A stretch of DNA of 64,000 bases from Gemmatimonadales bacterium UBA4456 (GTDB lineage Bacteria; Gemmatimonadota; Gemmatimonadetes; Longimicrobiales; Gaopeijiaceae). Positions 19,624 to 29,648 of this stretch are shown in pieces (within the stretch, counting starts at the first letter, position 1; each line of letters begins with the position of its first letter). Location of the stretch: the NCBI GenBank assembly GCA_002390225.1, contig DGOW01000054.1:71364-135363 (forward strand), in the 5' to 3' direction. The notes below the pieces were generated by a model. It searched no databases. It saw only the letters and a program-made list of their open reading frames with translations, and was not told where the DNA came from. The translations under genes and the position numbers were made by a program.

Positions 19624-21183
19624 CTAGCTGCGCCGGCTGAGCTCCTCGTCGAAGCTGATGAGGTCGTACGGCTCCTCGACGTCCACGCGGTCGAGCACGG
19701 GGAGGTACGCGCCAAGGTCTGAAGATTCACCGACAAGCTCGCGATCGAAAAGCTCGAGGTCGCGTTTACCGGCGCCTTCCGCGGAGTCCGACGTCGAGAA
19801 GACAACCTCCCCGAGCTGGCGCTTGTCTAGCTTGAGGAATCGCCGCACCGTGTCACTGGCGCTGTACTGATCTCGGATGGCCGTGAAGCGGTAGTAGACC
19901 TCTCCATCCTCCGCGACCGAGACCTCCCCGTCGAGCGCCGCCACCAGCTCGTCCAGCAGGGTGGCGATCCCATTTCTGGTGGTTGTGGCGTTGGGCAACT
20001 TCGACTCCACGTGTGCGTGGGCCTCGCTCAGCGGCAGCGGGCGGCCCCGAAGTGCCTTGTCGTACACGAAGCCCGTGAGCACGCGCCGGACGTTACGACG
20101 CCCCCTCCTCCGGTTCTCGAACGTCACGCCCGTCATACGGACGAGCGGGCCGGTGAAGAACAGGACGCTGAAGACGACGGGCACGATCACCAGGGCCCAG
20201 AACGCGGCAGGGCCGCTGATGCCGAGGCGCGGAAAGATGAACCAGGGCGAGGTCGCCGCCGCGATCAGGGTGAAGGAGTTCATGCTCGCGACGATTGCGT
20301 TCGCCCCAGCCGTATTCCCGGTCAGCTCCAGCTCGGGCTCCAGCCTCATCCACGCGGGGTTCGGAGCCCGCTTCTTCTTCGAACCCTGTGTCGACGCCAT
20401 GAGACCGGGGAAGGCGTAGACCAGTTCTCCGTCGGGCGACACAGCGGCTTCGCCGTCATAGGCACCGAGCAACCGGCCCATCTCGTCGTCTGCTTCCGGG
20501 AACGTCGAACCGGTGTGTTCGACCAGCTCAGCAGTCGTGAGCACACCGGAACGGGCCCGGATCAGTCGCAGCTTGCTTCGGTCGAGTTGCTTCTGAGTCG
20601 GCTTCGGCTGGTCGGGCCCGAATACGAACGCGAAGACTTTCTTGTAGAAGGGGACCCGATCTTCCTTCGGCAGCGTCCGCTCCCACCGGTGACCGTAGTA
20701 CGGACGACCGATCCGCCAGCGCGGCCCCCAGATCCAGTACCAGTAGATCGGGTCGAAGCCGATCGACCCACCGCCTCGCCGACCGCCACCCAGACCACCT
20801 CGCGAGTTGTTGCCTCGCTGGCTGGCGAACAGTGCGGCGATCACGAGAACGACCATGACCACGAAGTAGACGACGAGCATGATCACGATCCATGCCTTGA
20901 ACGCCCCGCGAGCCAACTGCCGGAACCGCGACCAGGCGCGGGCGAGAACTGGCTCGTTCCCCCGCTCGATCACACGGGCATCGAAGTCGTAGACGAGTTC
21001 ACCGGAGTCGGTCACGGCCAGGTGCCCATGGTGCGACTCGAGCAGCGCTTTCAGGCCGGCGCGCACGGAGTCGGCCGGAAGCCCCGAGTCGGCGACGACG
21101 TCACCGACGGTGCCTGTCCCCTTCAGACGCCGAAGCGACGCGAGGATGTTGGCCTGTTCACCGGCCAGTACGAGTGTGCTCAC
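19624..21183 (-). CDS. hypothetical multi-pass membrane protein with three repeated winged-helix-like modules
   Basis: 519 aa. The GTG start overlaps the upstream stop (GTGA). Three modules end in GE[LV][VY]Y-x-F, with hydrophobic segments and a Gly/Arg-rich stretch between them. Confidence 0.7.
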   Translation of the reverse strand: MSTLVLAGEQANILASLRRLKGTGTVGDVVADSGLPADSVRAGLKALLESHHGHLAVTDSGELVYDFDARVIERGNEPVLARAWSRFRQLARGAFKAWIVIMLVVYFVVMVVLVIAALFASQRGNNSRGGLGGGRRGGGSIGFDPIYWYWIWGPRWRIGRPYYGHRWERTLPKEDRVPFYKKVFAFVFGPDQPKPTQKQLDRSKLRLIRARSGVLTTAELVEHTGSTFPEADDEMGRLLGAYDGEAAVSPDGELVYAFPGLMASTQGSKKKRAPNPAWMRLEPELELTGNTAGANAIVASMNSFTLIAAATSPWFIFPRLGISGPAAFWALVIVPVVFSVLFFTGPLVRMTGVTFENRRRGRRNVRRVLTGFVYDKALRGRPLPLSEAHAHVESKLPNATTTRNGIATLLDELVAALDGEVSVAEDGEVYYRFTAIRDQYSASDTVRRFLKLDKRQLGEVVFSTSDSAEGAGKRDLELFDRELVGESSDLGAYLPVLDRVDVEEPYDLISFDEELSRRS

Positions 21184-22679
21184 GGGGCTGCGGGTTCCAC
21201 ACGGTTAATGCCGTCGGCTTCGTCCATGAGGGCGAGCACACGCTCGTCCGCCCCGTCTGCCGTGTTGAGGCTGACGAGCAAGAACGCCGCTGTCGACAGC
21301 ACCATCGCTGGGAAGACCTCATGCAGGATCTCAGAGCCCGGCACGTACTCCCACCCCAGGAGCACACCGATGCCGACCACGAAGGACGTGATGACTCCGG
21401 CTCCACTCCCGCGGCGCCAGTGCAGCCCGAAGATGATGGCCGGGAAGAAGCAGGCACCGTAGAGGCTCCCGCTGAACGCCGTCAGCTCGACAATGCCGTC
21501 CGGAGGATTGAGTGAGATGACCGCGGTGATGAACGCGAAGACAGCGACCCAGGCGCGCGTCCAGAACATTTCGGCCTTCTCGGTTCGACCGGGTCGAAAA
21601 ACGCTCACGATGTCGCGCTCGGTCGTGGAGGCCATGACCAGCAGGACCGAGTCGAGTGACGACATGGCGGCAGCGACCATTGCGACCAGAAGGAAAGCCC
21701 CGGGGCCTGGCCCGAAGACGTCGGTCAGCAGGGTCGGCACCACGAGGTCGGTGTCCTCGAGACCGGCGGGCAGGACGCGCCGTGCGTAGATGCCCACCGG
21801 GATCAGCAAGGAAAAGACCGCTGCGAACGTTACGGATGAGACGATCATCCCGGTCCGGATCGCTTTCTCACCTTGGAGCGCGAAGAAGCGGGACAGCTGG
21901 CGGGGCTCCACCGCGAACTTCACGAGCCCCGCGAACATCGTCCCCATCAAGACCGGAATCGCCACACCTCCTCCCCATGTGAAGAGCGCCTCACCTCCAG
22001 GTTGCGCTCTCACCTCGGTGATCGAGCCCAACCCGCCGGCTGCGTTCACCGTTCCGGTGAAGAGAACGATCGCCGCCAGGATCATGACTACGCCCTGAAC
22101 CGAATCGGTCTTCACTACGGAGATGAAGCCGCCGACCATCGTGTACGTCATGACGATGAAGAACACGATCACGATCGAGACTTCGTACTGGATCTCGAGG
22201 AAGGTCTCGAGGAGGTTGCCGATACCTTTGAACACGGCCGTCATGTAGAACAGCGACGCCGCGATCATGATCAGCGCGGATAGGACCCGGGCTGGTGTGC
22301 TGCCGAAGCGGAAGCCGATGAAGTCCGGGATCGTGAGCGAGTCCATCGCCGCCGTGAAGGCCCGCAGGCGGGGCGCAACGACGATCCAGGCGAAGAGCGA
22401 AAAGGCGACCGCTGTGGGAATGAAGAGCAGCCACGGCAGCCCCCACTCGTACGTCCGGCCGGAGAAGCCTACGAACGAATTCGTGCTCGCGTAGGTGGCG
22501 AAAAACGAGAGGCCGATGACCCAGCCGCTCATGTTCCGACCGCCGACATAGTAATCGGCCAGACCCTTGGTCTTCCGATTCCCTGCCCATGCATGGTGCC
22601 CGATCATGACGGTGTAGAGCAGGAGCAGCGAGTGCACCATCCAGTACTCGCGCAGATTGCTCAGCACGGCGTCGATCAT
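21180..22679 (-). CDS. sodium:solute symporter (SSS) family transporter
   Basis: 499 aa with about 13 hydrophobic segments and an SSS-like N-terminal block ...YYVGGRNMSGWVIGLSFFATYASTNSFVG. Its ATG overlaps the upstream stop (ATGA). Confidence 0.9.
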   Translation of the reverse strand: MIDAVLSNLREYWMVHSLLLLYTVMIGHHAWAGNRKTKGLADYYVGGRNMSGWVIGLSFFATYASTNSFVGFSGRTYEWGLPWLLFIPTAVAFSLFAWIVVAPRLRAFTAAMDSLTIPDFIGFRFGSTPARVLSALIMIAASLFYMTAVFKGIGNLLETFLEIQYEVSIVIVFFIVMTYTMVGGFISVVKTDSVQGVVMILAAIVLFTGTVNAAGGLGSITEVRAQPGGEALFTWGGGVAIPVLMGTMFAGLVKFAVEPRQLSRFFALQGEKAIRTGMIVSSVTFAAVFSLLIPVGIYARRVLPAGLEDTDLVVPTLLTDVFGPGPGAFLLVAMVAAAMSSLDSVLLVMASTTERDIVSVFRPGRTEKAEMFWTRAWVAVFAFITAVISLNPPDGIVELTAFSGSLYGACFFPAIIFGLHWRRGSGAGVITSFVVGIGVLLGWEYVPGSEILHEVFPAMVLSTAAFLLVSLNTADGADERVLALMDEADGINRVEPAAP

Positions 22680-24214
22680 TCGTCGTTCTCCTCGATGAAG
22701 AGGTCGCGTACGGCAGGCTTGGTGACTTTGCCCATCGCGTTTCGGGGCAGTTCCTCTAGCAGGAGAACATCCTTAGGCACCTTGTACGGCGCCAGACGCT
22801 TCTTGCTGAAGCTCCTCAGGGCCTCGGCGGATGTGATTTCACCGGGCCGGAGTACAACGGCAGCGCACACACGATCACCCCAGTCCACATCGGCCACGCC
22901 GACGACTGCACAGTCGGCAACCGCGGGATGAGAACGCAGTGTGTCCTCGATCTCGAGGGCGGAGATCTTCTCTCCGCCCGTTTTCAGAATGTCGACCGAG
23001 TTTCGGCCGAGGATTCTCCAGGCACCGTCTTCGACGACGGCCTGATCACCTGTCTGGAACCAGCCCCCGACCGTGAACGCCTCCGCTGTCTCGTCCGGGC
23101 GGTGCCAGTACTCCCCGAAGACGGCGGGGCCACGGACCTGGATCGTGCCGGGAGTGCCCTCCTGCACTTCGAGATCGTCGTCGTCGACCAGTCGTGCTTC
23201 GACGCCAGGCAGAGGTGTGCCCACGAAGCCGGCACGACGCGCTCCTTCGAGCGGGTTCGACAGCCCCATCCCGATCTCGGTCATGCCGTAACGCTCCAGG
23301 AGTCGATGCCCTGTGATCTCCTCCCAGCGCTCGAGCGTGGGGACGGGCAGTGCCGCAGAGCCCGAGACCATCAGTCGGCATGCGCGCGCTCCCTGGCTCC
23401 AGGCCTCCCGGGTGTCCGTGTCAGCCGCGTCCCATGCGTCGATGAGCCTTCGGTACACGGTGGGTACGGCCATGTAGAGCGTGACCTCGCACCGGGCCAG
23501 ACGCTCCCATACGTCGACGGCCCGGAATCTCGGGAGGACCTCACACGTCGCTCCGTGCCAGAGGGCGGATGTCAGCACGTTCACGATGCCGTGCACGTGG
23601 TGAAGCGGAAGATGCAGCAGGATGTGATCGTCCTGAGTCCATCCCCACGCTTCCGAGAGTGCCTCGACCTGCGCACGGAGGTTCGCGTGTGTTAGGACGA
23701 CCCCCTTGGGTTTCCCGGTCGTGCCCGAGGTGTAGAGCATGAGCGCGGGATCCGACTCATCCACCTCCGGCAGTTCGGCGCGCGGGCCATCACGGAGCAG
23801 AGCGGGCGTCAGGAGCAGGGGGATCTTCCTGTCATTCGTGAGGTCCTGCAGGCGCCCGGCCAGCGAGGGGTGCGCGACGACCGCTTCGGGTTTCGCGTCG
23901 TCCAGGACCCAGGCCAGCTCTCGCTCCGGATGAGACGTCGCGAGCGGTACACCGAACCCTCCTGCCCGCCAGACACCCCACTGCATCGCGGTGTACGCCC
24001 AGCCGGGCGGAGCCAGGTAGCAGATCCGTTCACCATCGAGGCTGTCGCGGCCTGCGAGCAGACCTGTAGCGACGGCTGCAGAAGCGCTCATCAGATCGTC
24101 AAAGGTGAACGCTCCCTCGGGAGCGAGCAGTGCCGGGCGGTCATGAAAGGTGCCCGCGCGTTCGACGAGGCGCAGGCCTGAGGAATGGGAGTCCATGCGG
24201 AGAGTCTTGGGCAC
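22676..24214 (-). CDS. AMP-dependent acyl-CoA synthetase/ligase (MatB/FadD-like)
   Basis: 512 aa. Contains LYTSGTTGKPKGVVLTH (AMP-binding P-loop), GYGMTE-like ERYGMTE, TGD and a C-terminal K in GKVTK. Confidence 0.9.
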   Translation of the reverse strand: MPKTLRMDSHSSGLRLVERAGTFHDRPALLAPEGAFTFDDLMSASAAVATGLLAGRDSLDGERICYLAPPGWAYTAMQWGVWRAGGFGVPLATSHPERELAWVLDDAKPEAVVAHPSLAGRLQDLTNDRKIPLLLTPALLRDGPRAELPEVDESDPALMLYTSGTTGKPKGVVLTHANLRAQVEALSEAWGWTQDDHILLHLPLHHVHGIVNVLTSALWHGATCEVLPRFRAVDVWERLARCEVTLYMAVPTVYRRLIDAWDAADTDTREAWSQGARACRLMVSGSAALPVPTLERWEEITGHRLLERYGMTEIGMGLSNPLEGARRAGFVGTPLPGVEARLVDDDDLEVQEGTPGTIQVRGPAVFGEYWHRPDETAEAFTVGGWFQTGDQAVVEDGAWRILGRNSVDILKTGGEKISALEIEDTLRSHPAVADCAVVGVADVDWGDRVCAAVVLRPGEITSAEALRSFSKKRLAPYKVPKDVLLLEELPRNAMGKVTKPAVRDLFIEENDE

Positions 24215-24242
24215 ACGGCGTCAGGGTCGCCGCAACAGACCT

Positions 24243-25199
24243 CTAAGGACTGCCTACGGCAAGGCGTCGCAGCGCGGCCTTGAATCGAGCCCTGAGCGTC
24301 CAGCCGTATGCGAGTACCGTCCGCTCGAGTCGTGGACGTCCCCACGGTGAGCCCGGCCCGGTCACGTCCCGAATCAGCGCGAGCGGGAGGGGGCTCAGGT
24401 AGCGCACCTGATCCTCGAACCACTTGCTTCGGGCTGCGCTCCACGCCTGATCTGTGTGCGTCTCGCTCGTAGGTGCGACCTGGGCTGAGACGAAGTCCAG
24501 AAAGCGGCGCCCGGCCTGGATTTTCTCGGCCTGGTGGCTCTGGTGCGCACCCGTGATGTTCACCCGACTGGCGCGCCAGCGGACCCGAGGGCCTGTGATG
24601 GTGACGATCGGCTCATCTCCAGCGAAGGTGAACCACGCCGCATCGTCGGCGCACCAGGCGGCTGGATAATCAGGGAATCCTCCAGCGCCATCGAAGGCCG
24701 AGCGTCGGAAGATGTACTCGACGACGTAGCTGTTTCTGAGGCCCAGGAGCCGATCGAACACGAACTCCGCACCGGACTCCGTGGCTGGGTGCGTCGGGTT
24801 GTGCGCGCGAATGTCGCCGGCCTCATCGATGACGTCGGTATCGAAGCGCACGACGGAGACCTCGTCGGGGAGGCTCTCCAGACGCTGATGGAAGTGCGCG
24901 ACGCACTCCGGGTGCATCTCGTCATCGTCCCCGAAGAGCCATACCCACGGTTCGCTGGTGAGCGCGATGGCGCGGTTCCAGTGATCCGTGAGCGACGTGC
25001 CCCCCAGGTTTTCGTGAAAGCGGTGGTAGACGAGATCCAGGCCGTCGTACTGACGGCACATCTCGGCGATCGCGGGCGGCCCGCCGTCGTCCGCGACATA
25101 CACCGTGAAGCGCTGATCCGTCTGGGCGTGGATCGACGCTATCACCGATCTGAAGAAGTCGGGCTTCCATGCCGGAATCACGATGGCGAGTTGATGCAT
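24243..25199 (-). CDS. glycosyltransferase family 2
   Basis: Internal Met of ORF 24243..25319. MHQLAIVIPAWKPDFF...VYVADDGGPP is a GT-A N-terminus. LFGDDDEMHP is a DxD-like motif. Confidence 0.85.
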   Translation of the reverse strand: MHQLAIVIPAWKPDFFRSVIASIHAQTDQRFTVYVADDGGPPAIAEMCRQYDGLDLVYHRFHENLGGTSLTDHWNRAIALTSEPWVWLFGDDDEMHPECVAHFHQRLESLPDEVSVVRFDTDVIDEAGDIRAHNPTHPATESGAEFVFDRLLGLRNSYVVEYIFRRSAFDGAGGFPDYPAAWCADDAAWFTFAGDEPIVTITGPRVRWRASRVNITGAHQSHQAEKIQAGRRFLDFVSAQVAPTSETHTDQAWSAARSKWFEDQVRYLSPLPLALIRDVTGPGSPWGRPRLERTVLAYGWTLRARFKAALRRLAVGSP

Positions 25200-25268
25200 G
25201 GGAAGAACGTCCCTCGACAGGATGGGGGCGTCAACGCGGAGCGTGCCGACTATACTTGAGGCTCGCGC

Positions 25269-27164
25269 ATGCCGTCTACGATCCTGCCACACGAGGTCTG
25301 CATGAAGCCGGCGGACCATTCGGCTCCTGTCACCCCCCGAGGTCTGCTACGCCACTACTGGCGTGTTGCGGACGTGCGCCGGTGGCATTTTTCGCTACCA
25401 GTCGGGCTGATTCTGCTCGCGGGTGCGTTCGAGGCGGCGTCGTTTTCCCTGCTGGTTCCGCTGACTGACGCCGTTTCCCAGAACTCGTTCGACTTCCTCG
25501 ACAGCTCACGAGCGTTCGGCTGGATCACCGCACTCGTGCCGGACTCCGTCGCGAGCGGCCCGGGGCGTGACGCGTATCTGGTCGTCGTTACGGTCGGCCT
25601 GATCATCATCGGGCGGGTCACCAAGCTCGTGCTTGAGTACCTACGAAAACTCTTTGTCGTCTCACGAAACGAGCGGTACCGGGTCGCGGTCACGAACGAC
25701 ACATTTTCGCGGGTGCTGTCGTTCGGCCGTCAGTATTTCGAAGGCCAGTCGCTCGGACGCGTGGATGCGGAGGTAGGCTGGTCCAGCGCGGTGATCGGCC
25801 TGCTGGTGGCCGCCGAAGAGCTCCTGCGCTTTGGGGTCGGTCTGGTGGTCAAAGCCGCGGTCATGGTCGCAATCAGCATTCCCCTGTCGATCGCGTTCAT
25901 CGTATCGCTCCCGTTCGTGAACATCTTCATGAGAACGATCAACCGGGCGGTAACCCGGATCTCGAGAGAAGGCGTCGAGGTCGAGCGGCGCCAGCGTGGG
26001 CGGGTGCTGGACCTGCTCGGCTCCGTGCCGCTGGTGAAGGCATACTCGCAGGAAGAGTCGGCCGCCGGGGCGTACGCCGAGGTGCTCCGGGAGGCGGAGG
26101 ACATCGCCGTTCGCCGGGATCGCATTGTGAGCCTGCGCTATCCGGTGGAGGAGATCTTCATTCTGCTGGTGATGCTCGTCGTGCAGGCGGTCGTGATCTA
26201 CGTGTCCGGAGAGGGCTTCCGACCGGGTGACCTGGCTGCCTTCGGTGCCTTCCTGCTGCTCCTTCAGCAGGCTCTGCCGGACTACAAGTATCTGAGCCTC
26301 TTCAGTCTGAAGGTGTCCGAGGAGTTGCCCCGACTCGAGGCACTGAGCGGTCTGTACTCGGACGACGGGAAGTTCATGGTGCCCTCGGGTCCCGACACCT
26401 TTGCCGGGCTGGGCAGGGCGATCGAGGTGGACGGGCTCACTTTTGGATATCGCTCGGATGTCCCGGTGCTTCACGACGTCACTGCGACCTTCCCGGCCGG
26501 CAAGGTGACGGCGGTGGTAGGTCGGAGCGGGGCCGGGAAGACGACCCTGGTGGACCTGATCGCGCGCTTCTACGAGATCGAGCCCGACACTGTTCGATTC
26601 GATGGCGTGGACGTCCGCTCCTTCTCCCTCGATTCACTGCACCGGGCTATGGCGATTGTCAGCCAGGACGTCTGGCTACTGAACCGGACGGTGCGGGACA
26701 ACCTGACCTTTGGACTGGGTCGGCCGGTCGAGGACGACGAGCTCTTCGGTGCGCTTGGAGATGTCCTTCTCAAGGACTTTGTCCTGGGGATGGACTCGGG
26801 ACTCGAGACCGAGGTGGGCGATCGCGGCGTTCGTCTGTCCGGCGGCCAGCGTCAGCGTTTAGCGCTGGCCCGCGCACTACTCCGTGACCCTCAGATTCTC
26901 ATTCTGGACGAGGCAACGTCCGCGCTCGACAGCGTGGTGGAAGCGAACGTGGCGAGGGCCATCCAGCAGAGGTCGGCAGGACGGACGCTGATCATCATTG
27001 CACATCGACTGTCGACGATTCGTGACGCCGATCAGATCCTCGTTCTGAACGAGGGACGTCTGGTGGAGTCGGGTAGCTGGGAGGAACTACTCGCGCTGGG
27101 TGGTCACTTCTCCAGGTTGCACACGGCTCAGTACGGATCCGGTTCGTTGCCGAGCCGAAGCTGA
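25269..27164 (+). CDS. ABC exporter, fused permease/ATPase (MsbA-like type I exporter)
   Basis: 631 aa with six N-terminal hydrophobic helices. Walker A GRSGAGKTT, signature LSGGQRQR, Walker B ILILDEATSALD. An alternative start is Met at 25302. Confidence 0.9.
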   Translation: MPSTILPHEVCMKPADHSAPVTPRGLLRHYWRVADVRRWHFSLPVGLILLAGAFEAASFSLLVPLTDAVSQNSFDFLDSSRAFGWITALVPDSVASGPGRDAYLVVVTVGLIIIGRVTKLVLEYLRKLFVVSRNERYRVAVTNDTFSRVLSFGRQYFEGQSLGRVDAEVGWSSAVIGLLVAAEELLRFGVGLVVKAAVMVAISIPLSIAFIVSLPFVNIFMRTINRAVTRISREGVEVERRQRGRVLDLLGSVPLVKAYSQEESAAGAYAEVLREAEDIAVRRDRIVSLRYPVEEIFILLVMLVVQAVVIYVSGEGFRPGDLAAFGAFLLLLQQALPDYKYLSLFSLKVSEELPRLEALSGLYSDDGKFMVPSGPDTFAGLGRAIEVDGLTFGYRSDVPVLHDVTATFPAGKVTAVVGRSGAGKTTLVDLIARFYEIEPDTVRFDGVDVRSFSLDSLHRAMAIVSQDVWLLNRTVRDNLTFGLGRPVEDDELFGALGDVLLKDFVLGMDSGLETEVGDRGVRLSGGQRQRLALARALLRDPQILILDEATSALDSVVEANVARAIQQRSAGRTLIIIAHRLSTIRDADQILVLNEGRLVESGSWEELLALGGHFSRLHTAQYGSGSLPSRS

Positions 27165-27171
27165 AGCCAGG

Positions 27172-28041
27172 TCACCGCCAGATCTTCAGGCGCTCCAGCC
27201 AGCGCCTTGGGCGCGCCCTCCGCTCGAGACTCGCCTGTTCGGCCACCCAGTGGTCGGCACCGGTCCACGGCACTCCAGCAGTCTCACGACGATCTTCGAC
27301 CACGCGCATCAGCTCACGGAAGGTGCGGTCGGGCAGCGGCGCGATGAAGTGCAGCAACGGCTTGGTGGGCCGGTCCGGGTCGAGCGAGTCGAACTCTGCG
27401 GGCCAGTACATCTCGCCTGGCTTGGGGAGTGGTGGGAGCTTGTGTCGCCCTCCGATGAGGCCGATCGCGATCTCGTCACCCAGCCACGCACCGCGGAGCC
27501 GAGACAGGCGCAGCTTCGGTTGGGCTTCCTCCAGGAAGCAGCGAAGACACTCACGCATGAACAGCTCGGCGGGTGCCTTCCGGAAGGCGAAGAAGCCACT
27601 GTTCGTCTTGAGGTAGTTGTCGAGGCCGAAGGTGCTCATGAGCCGGCGTGTCGAGAATCCGTGATGATGCTCGTTGTCGTCGCGGGTGAGCAGCTCGCCG
27701 AGAAAGGCGAGGGGACGGTCTGTGAGCGCGTCGAACGCGTGATCCAGAGCTCCGAGTACGAGGCAGTCCGCATCCACGAAGATGGCCTGGTCCCAGGGAG
27801 ACGCTTCGGCGACCCCGTACTTCAGCGCCCGCCCGTGACGGAAGTCCGGGCCGACGGGTGCGACGCAGTCGAAGACCGTCCCGTACCTGGCCGTGACCGT
27901 CTCGGCGGTCGCCTCGTCGCAGACGAGCCCGATCGGATGGCGAGTGTGCTCGCGGAGCGACAGCGCCATGTCCACGGCCATCTCGAGATAGCGTGAGCTG
28001 CCTGCAGCGAGGGTCAAGTAGCCGCGTGTCGGGACGGACAT
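27172..28041 (-). CDS. nucleotide-diphospho-sugar transferase, GT8-like
   Basis: Internal Met of ORF 27172..28128. GYLTLAAGSSRYLEMAVDMALSLR and IFVDADCLVLG (DxD) resemble GT8/glycogenin-like GT-A proteins. Confidence 0.6.
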   Translation of the reverse strand: MSVPTRGYLTLAAGSSRYLEMAVDMALSLREHTRHPIGLVCDEATAETVTARYGTVFDCVAPVGPDFRHGRALKYGVAEASPWDQAIFVDADCLVLGALDHAFDALTDRPLAFLGELLTRDDNEHHHGFSTRRLMSTFGLDNYLKTNSGFFAFRKAPAELFMRECLRCFLEEAQPKLRLSRLRGAWLGDEIAIGLIGGRHKLPPLPKPGEMYWPAEFDSLDPDRPTKPLLHFIAPLPDRTFRELMRVVEDRRETAGVPWTGADHWVAEQASLERRARPRRWLERLKIWR

Positions 28042-28049
28042 CCCCCGAC

Positions 28050-29615
28050 TCAGGCCGTGGTGGTGGTCAACTGCTGCTGGGCGACGATGCCGAGGCAGAT
28101 GGCCCAGAACACGAGGGGTACGGCCCACAGGCCTTCACCCGCAGTCATGAGTACGGCAGTGCTCGCCAGACAGTACGCCACCACAAGGAGCTCCACAAAG
28201 AAGCTCCAGTGGAGCGGAGCCAGGTAGGCGTCGGGGGTGGCACGTTCCGGCTCGATCTCGCTGGGCATGTGGTGGGCCTTCGGCGTCCGGACGAACTCTC
28301 CGCCGGACGAGAGAAAGCCCTGGACCTGGCCGATGGTGTTGTTCACCATCAGGCCGATCCCTACACAAACGCTCGATACGATTTGCACGACCGAGCGCAA
28401 CGACAGGCGTTCGTCCCGCTCGAGCACCGTGAGCGCGAAGCTGACCGGCGCCACGATGACCACGAGTGCCATGATCCCCTGGATCACCCAGAAGGTGGTG
28501 CGGTCCATGTACAGGACCGCCAGGGGCCAGAGCAGCAGGTTGGTCATCAGGATCGGGTGGATGCCGTACCCGGCAAGGAGGAACGCCTCGTCGATGCGGT
28601 CTTCGAGCACACTGCCGGCGGACAGGATCCGCGCGGTCAGCAGGCGGAAGCACTGTGCGTTGCCCTTGGCCCAGCGCTGCTGCTGCTGCTTGAAGGCGCG
28701 CATGCCCTCGGGTAGCTCGTTCACGACCGGGACGTCGCGCAGATACCGCCCCCTCCACCCGTTCAGGGCGCACCGATAACTCAGGTCCAGATCCTCGGTG
28801 AGTGTCTCGGCCGACCAGCCTCCGACCTCGTCGATCGCCGTGCGGCGCCAGATGCCCCCGGAGCCGTTGAACGTCGCGACGTTGCCGATGAATGCGCGGG
28901 TCGGCTTCTGTACGAAGAAGTGTCGGTCCAGGAGGAGGGCCAGAGACGACGCGAGAAAGCCCTGGATCGGCTCGCTCCACGCCCATCGGGTCTGCACGAA
29001 CGCCACGTCATCCTGGTCGAATCCATGCCGGTCGACGAGCACCGTGCGCAGGAAGGACGGGTCGGGCACGAAGTCAGCATCGAAGACGGCCACGAATTCT
29101 GCGTCTGAGTGCTCGAGCCCCTCGGAAAGAGCGCCCGCCTTGTAGCCGGATCGATGGGTACGGCGAATGTGCTCCACGCGAATGCCATCGGCGCGCATAT
29201 CGTCGACGACGCGGGCCACGATGTTCACGGTTTCGTCGTCCGAGTCGTCTAGGACCTGCACGTCGAACCTGTCCTTCGGATAGTCCTGAGCAGAGGCCGC
29301 TCGGATGATCTGTTCGGCCGCGCGCCGCTCGTTGTAGAGGGGCAGCTGGATGGTGACGAGTGGCAGCGGACCGGTGTCGCTGTCGTCGTCGTGATCCGCA
29401 TCAGGCCGCGGGCTGCTGGTGACCATCGTCCGGATCTCTCGGCGATTGCGCAGGAAGCGCCACAGCATCCTGAACTCGACCGCTGCGAACGCCGCACCCG
29501 TAAGCGCAGCGATCCCGTACACAACGGTGATCATGGATGACATCAGGGCGGGGACGTGAGGTCGTCGATTCTGAGGAGGAACAGAGGTAGACGGTATGAA
29601 GATTCCCGGGATCAC
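28050..29615 (-). CDS. membrane-embedded processive glycosyltransferase family 2 (cellulose-synthase/CslA-like)
   Basis: 521 aa with an N-terminal TM segment. Contains LPLYNE, VLDDSDDET, FDADFVP and the QQQRWAKG (Q-x-x-R-W) motif, plus about 4 C-terminal TM helices. An alternative start is Met at 29543. Confidence 0.88.
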   Translation of the reverse strand: MIPGIFIPSTSVPPQNRRPHVPALMSSMITVVYGIAALTGAAFAAVEFRMLWRFLRNRREIRTMVTSSPRPDADHDDDSDTGPLPLVTIQLPLYNERRAAEQIIRAASAQDYPKDRFDVQVLDDSDDETVNIVARVVDDMRADGIRVEHIRRTHRSGYKAGALSEGLEHSDAEFVAVFDADFVPDPSFLRTVLVDRHGFDQDDVAFVQTRWAWSEPIQGFLASSLALLLDRHFFVQKPTRAFIGNVATFNGSGGIWRRTAIDEVGGWSAETLTEDLDLSYRCALNGWRGRYLRDVPVVNELPEGMRAFKQQQQRWAKGNAQCFRLLTARILSAGSVLEDRIDEAFLLAGYGIHPILMTNLLLWPLAVLYMDRTTFWVIQGIMALVVIVAPVSFALTVLERDERLSLRSVVQIVSSVCVGIGLMVNNTIGQVQGFLSSGGEFVRTPKAHHMPSEIEPERATPDAYLAPLHWSFFVELLVVAYCLASTAVLMTAGEGLWAVPLVFWAICLGIVAQQQLTTTTA

Positions 29616-29648
29616 GGCACCCCTGCCTCGGGGCCGGGATCTCTGGAT

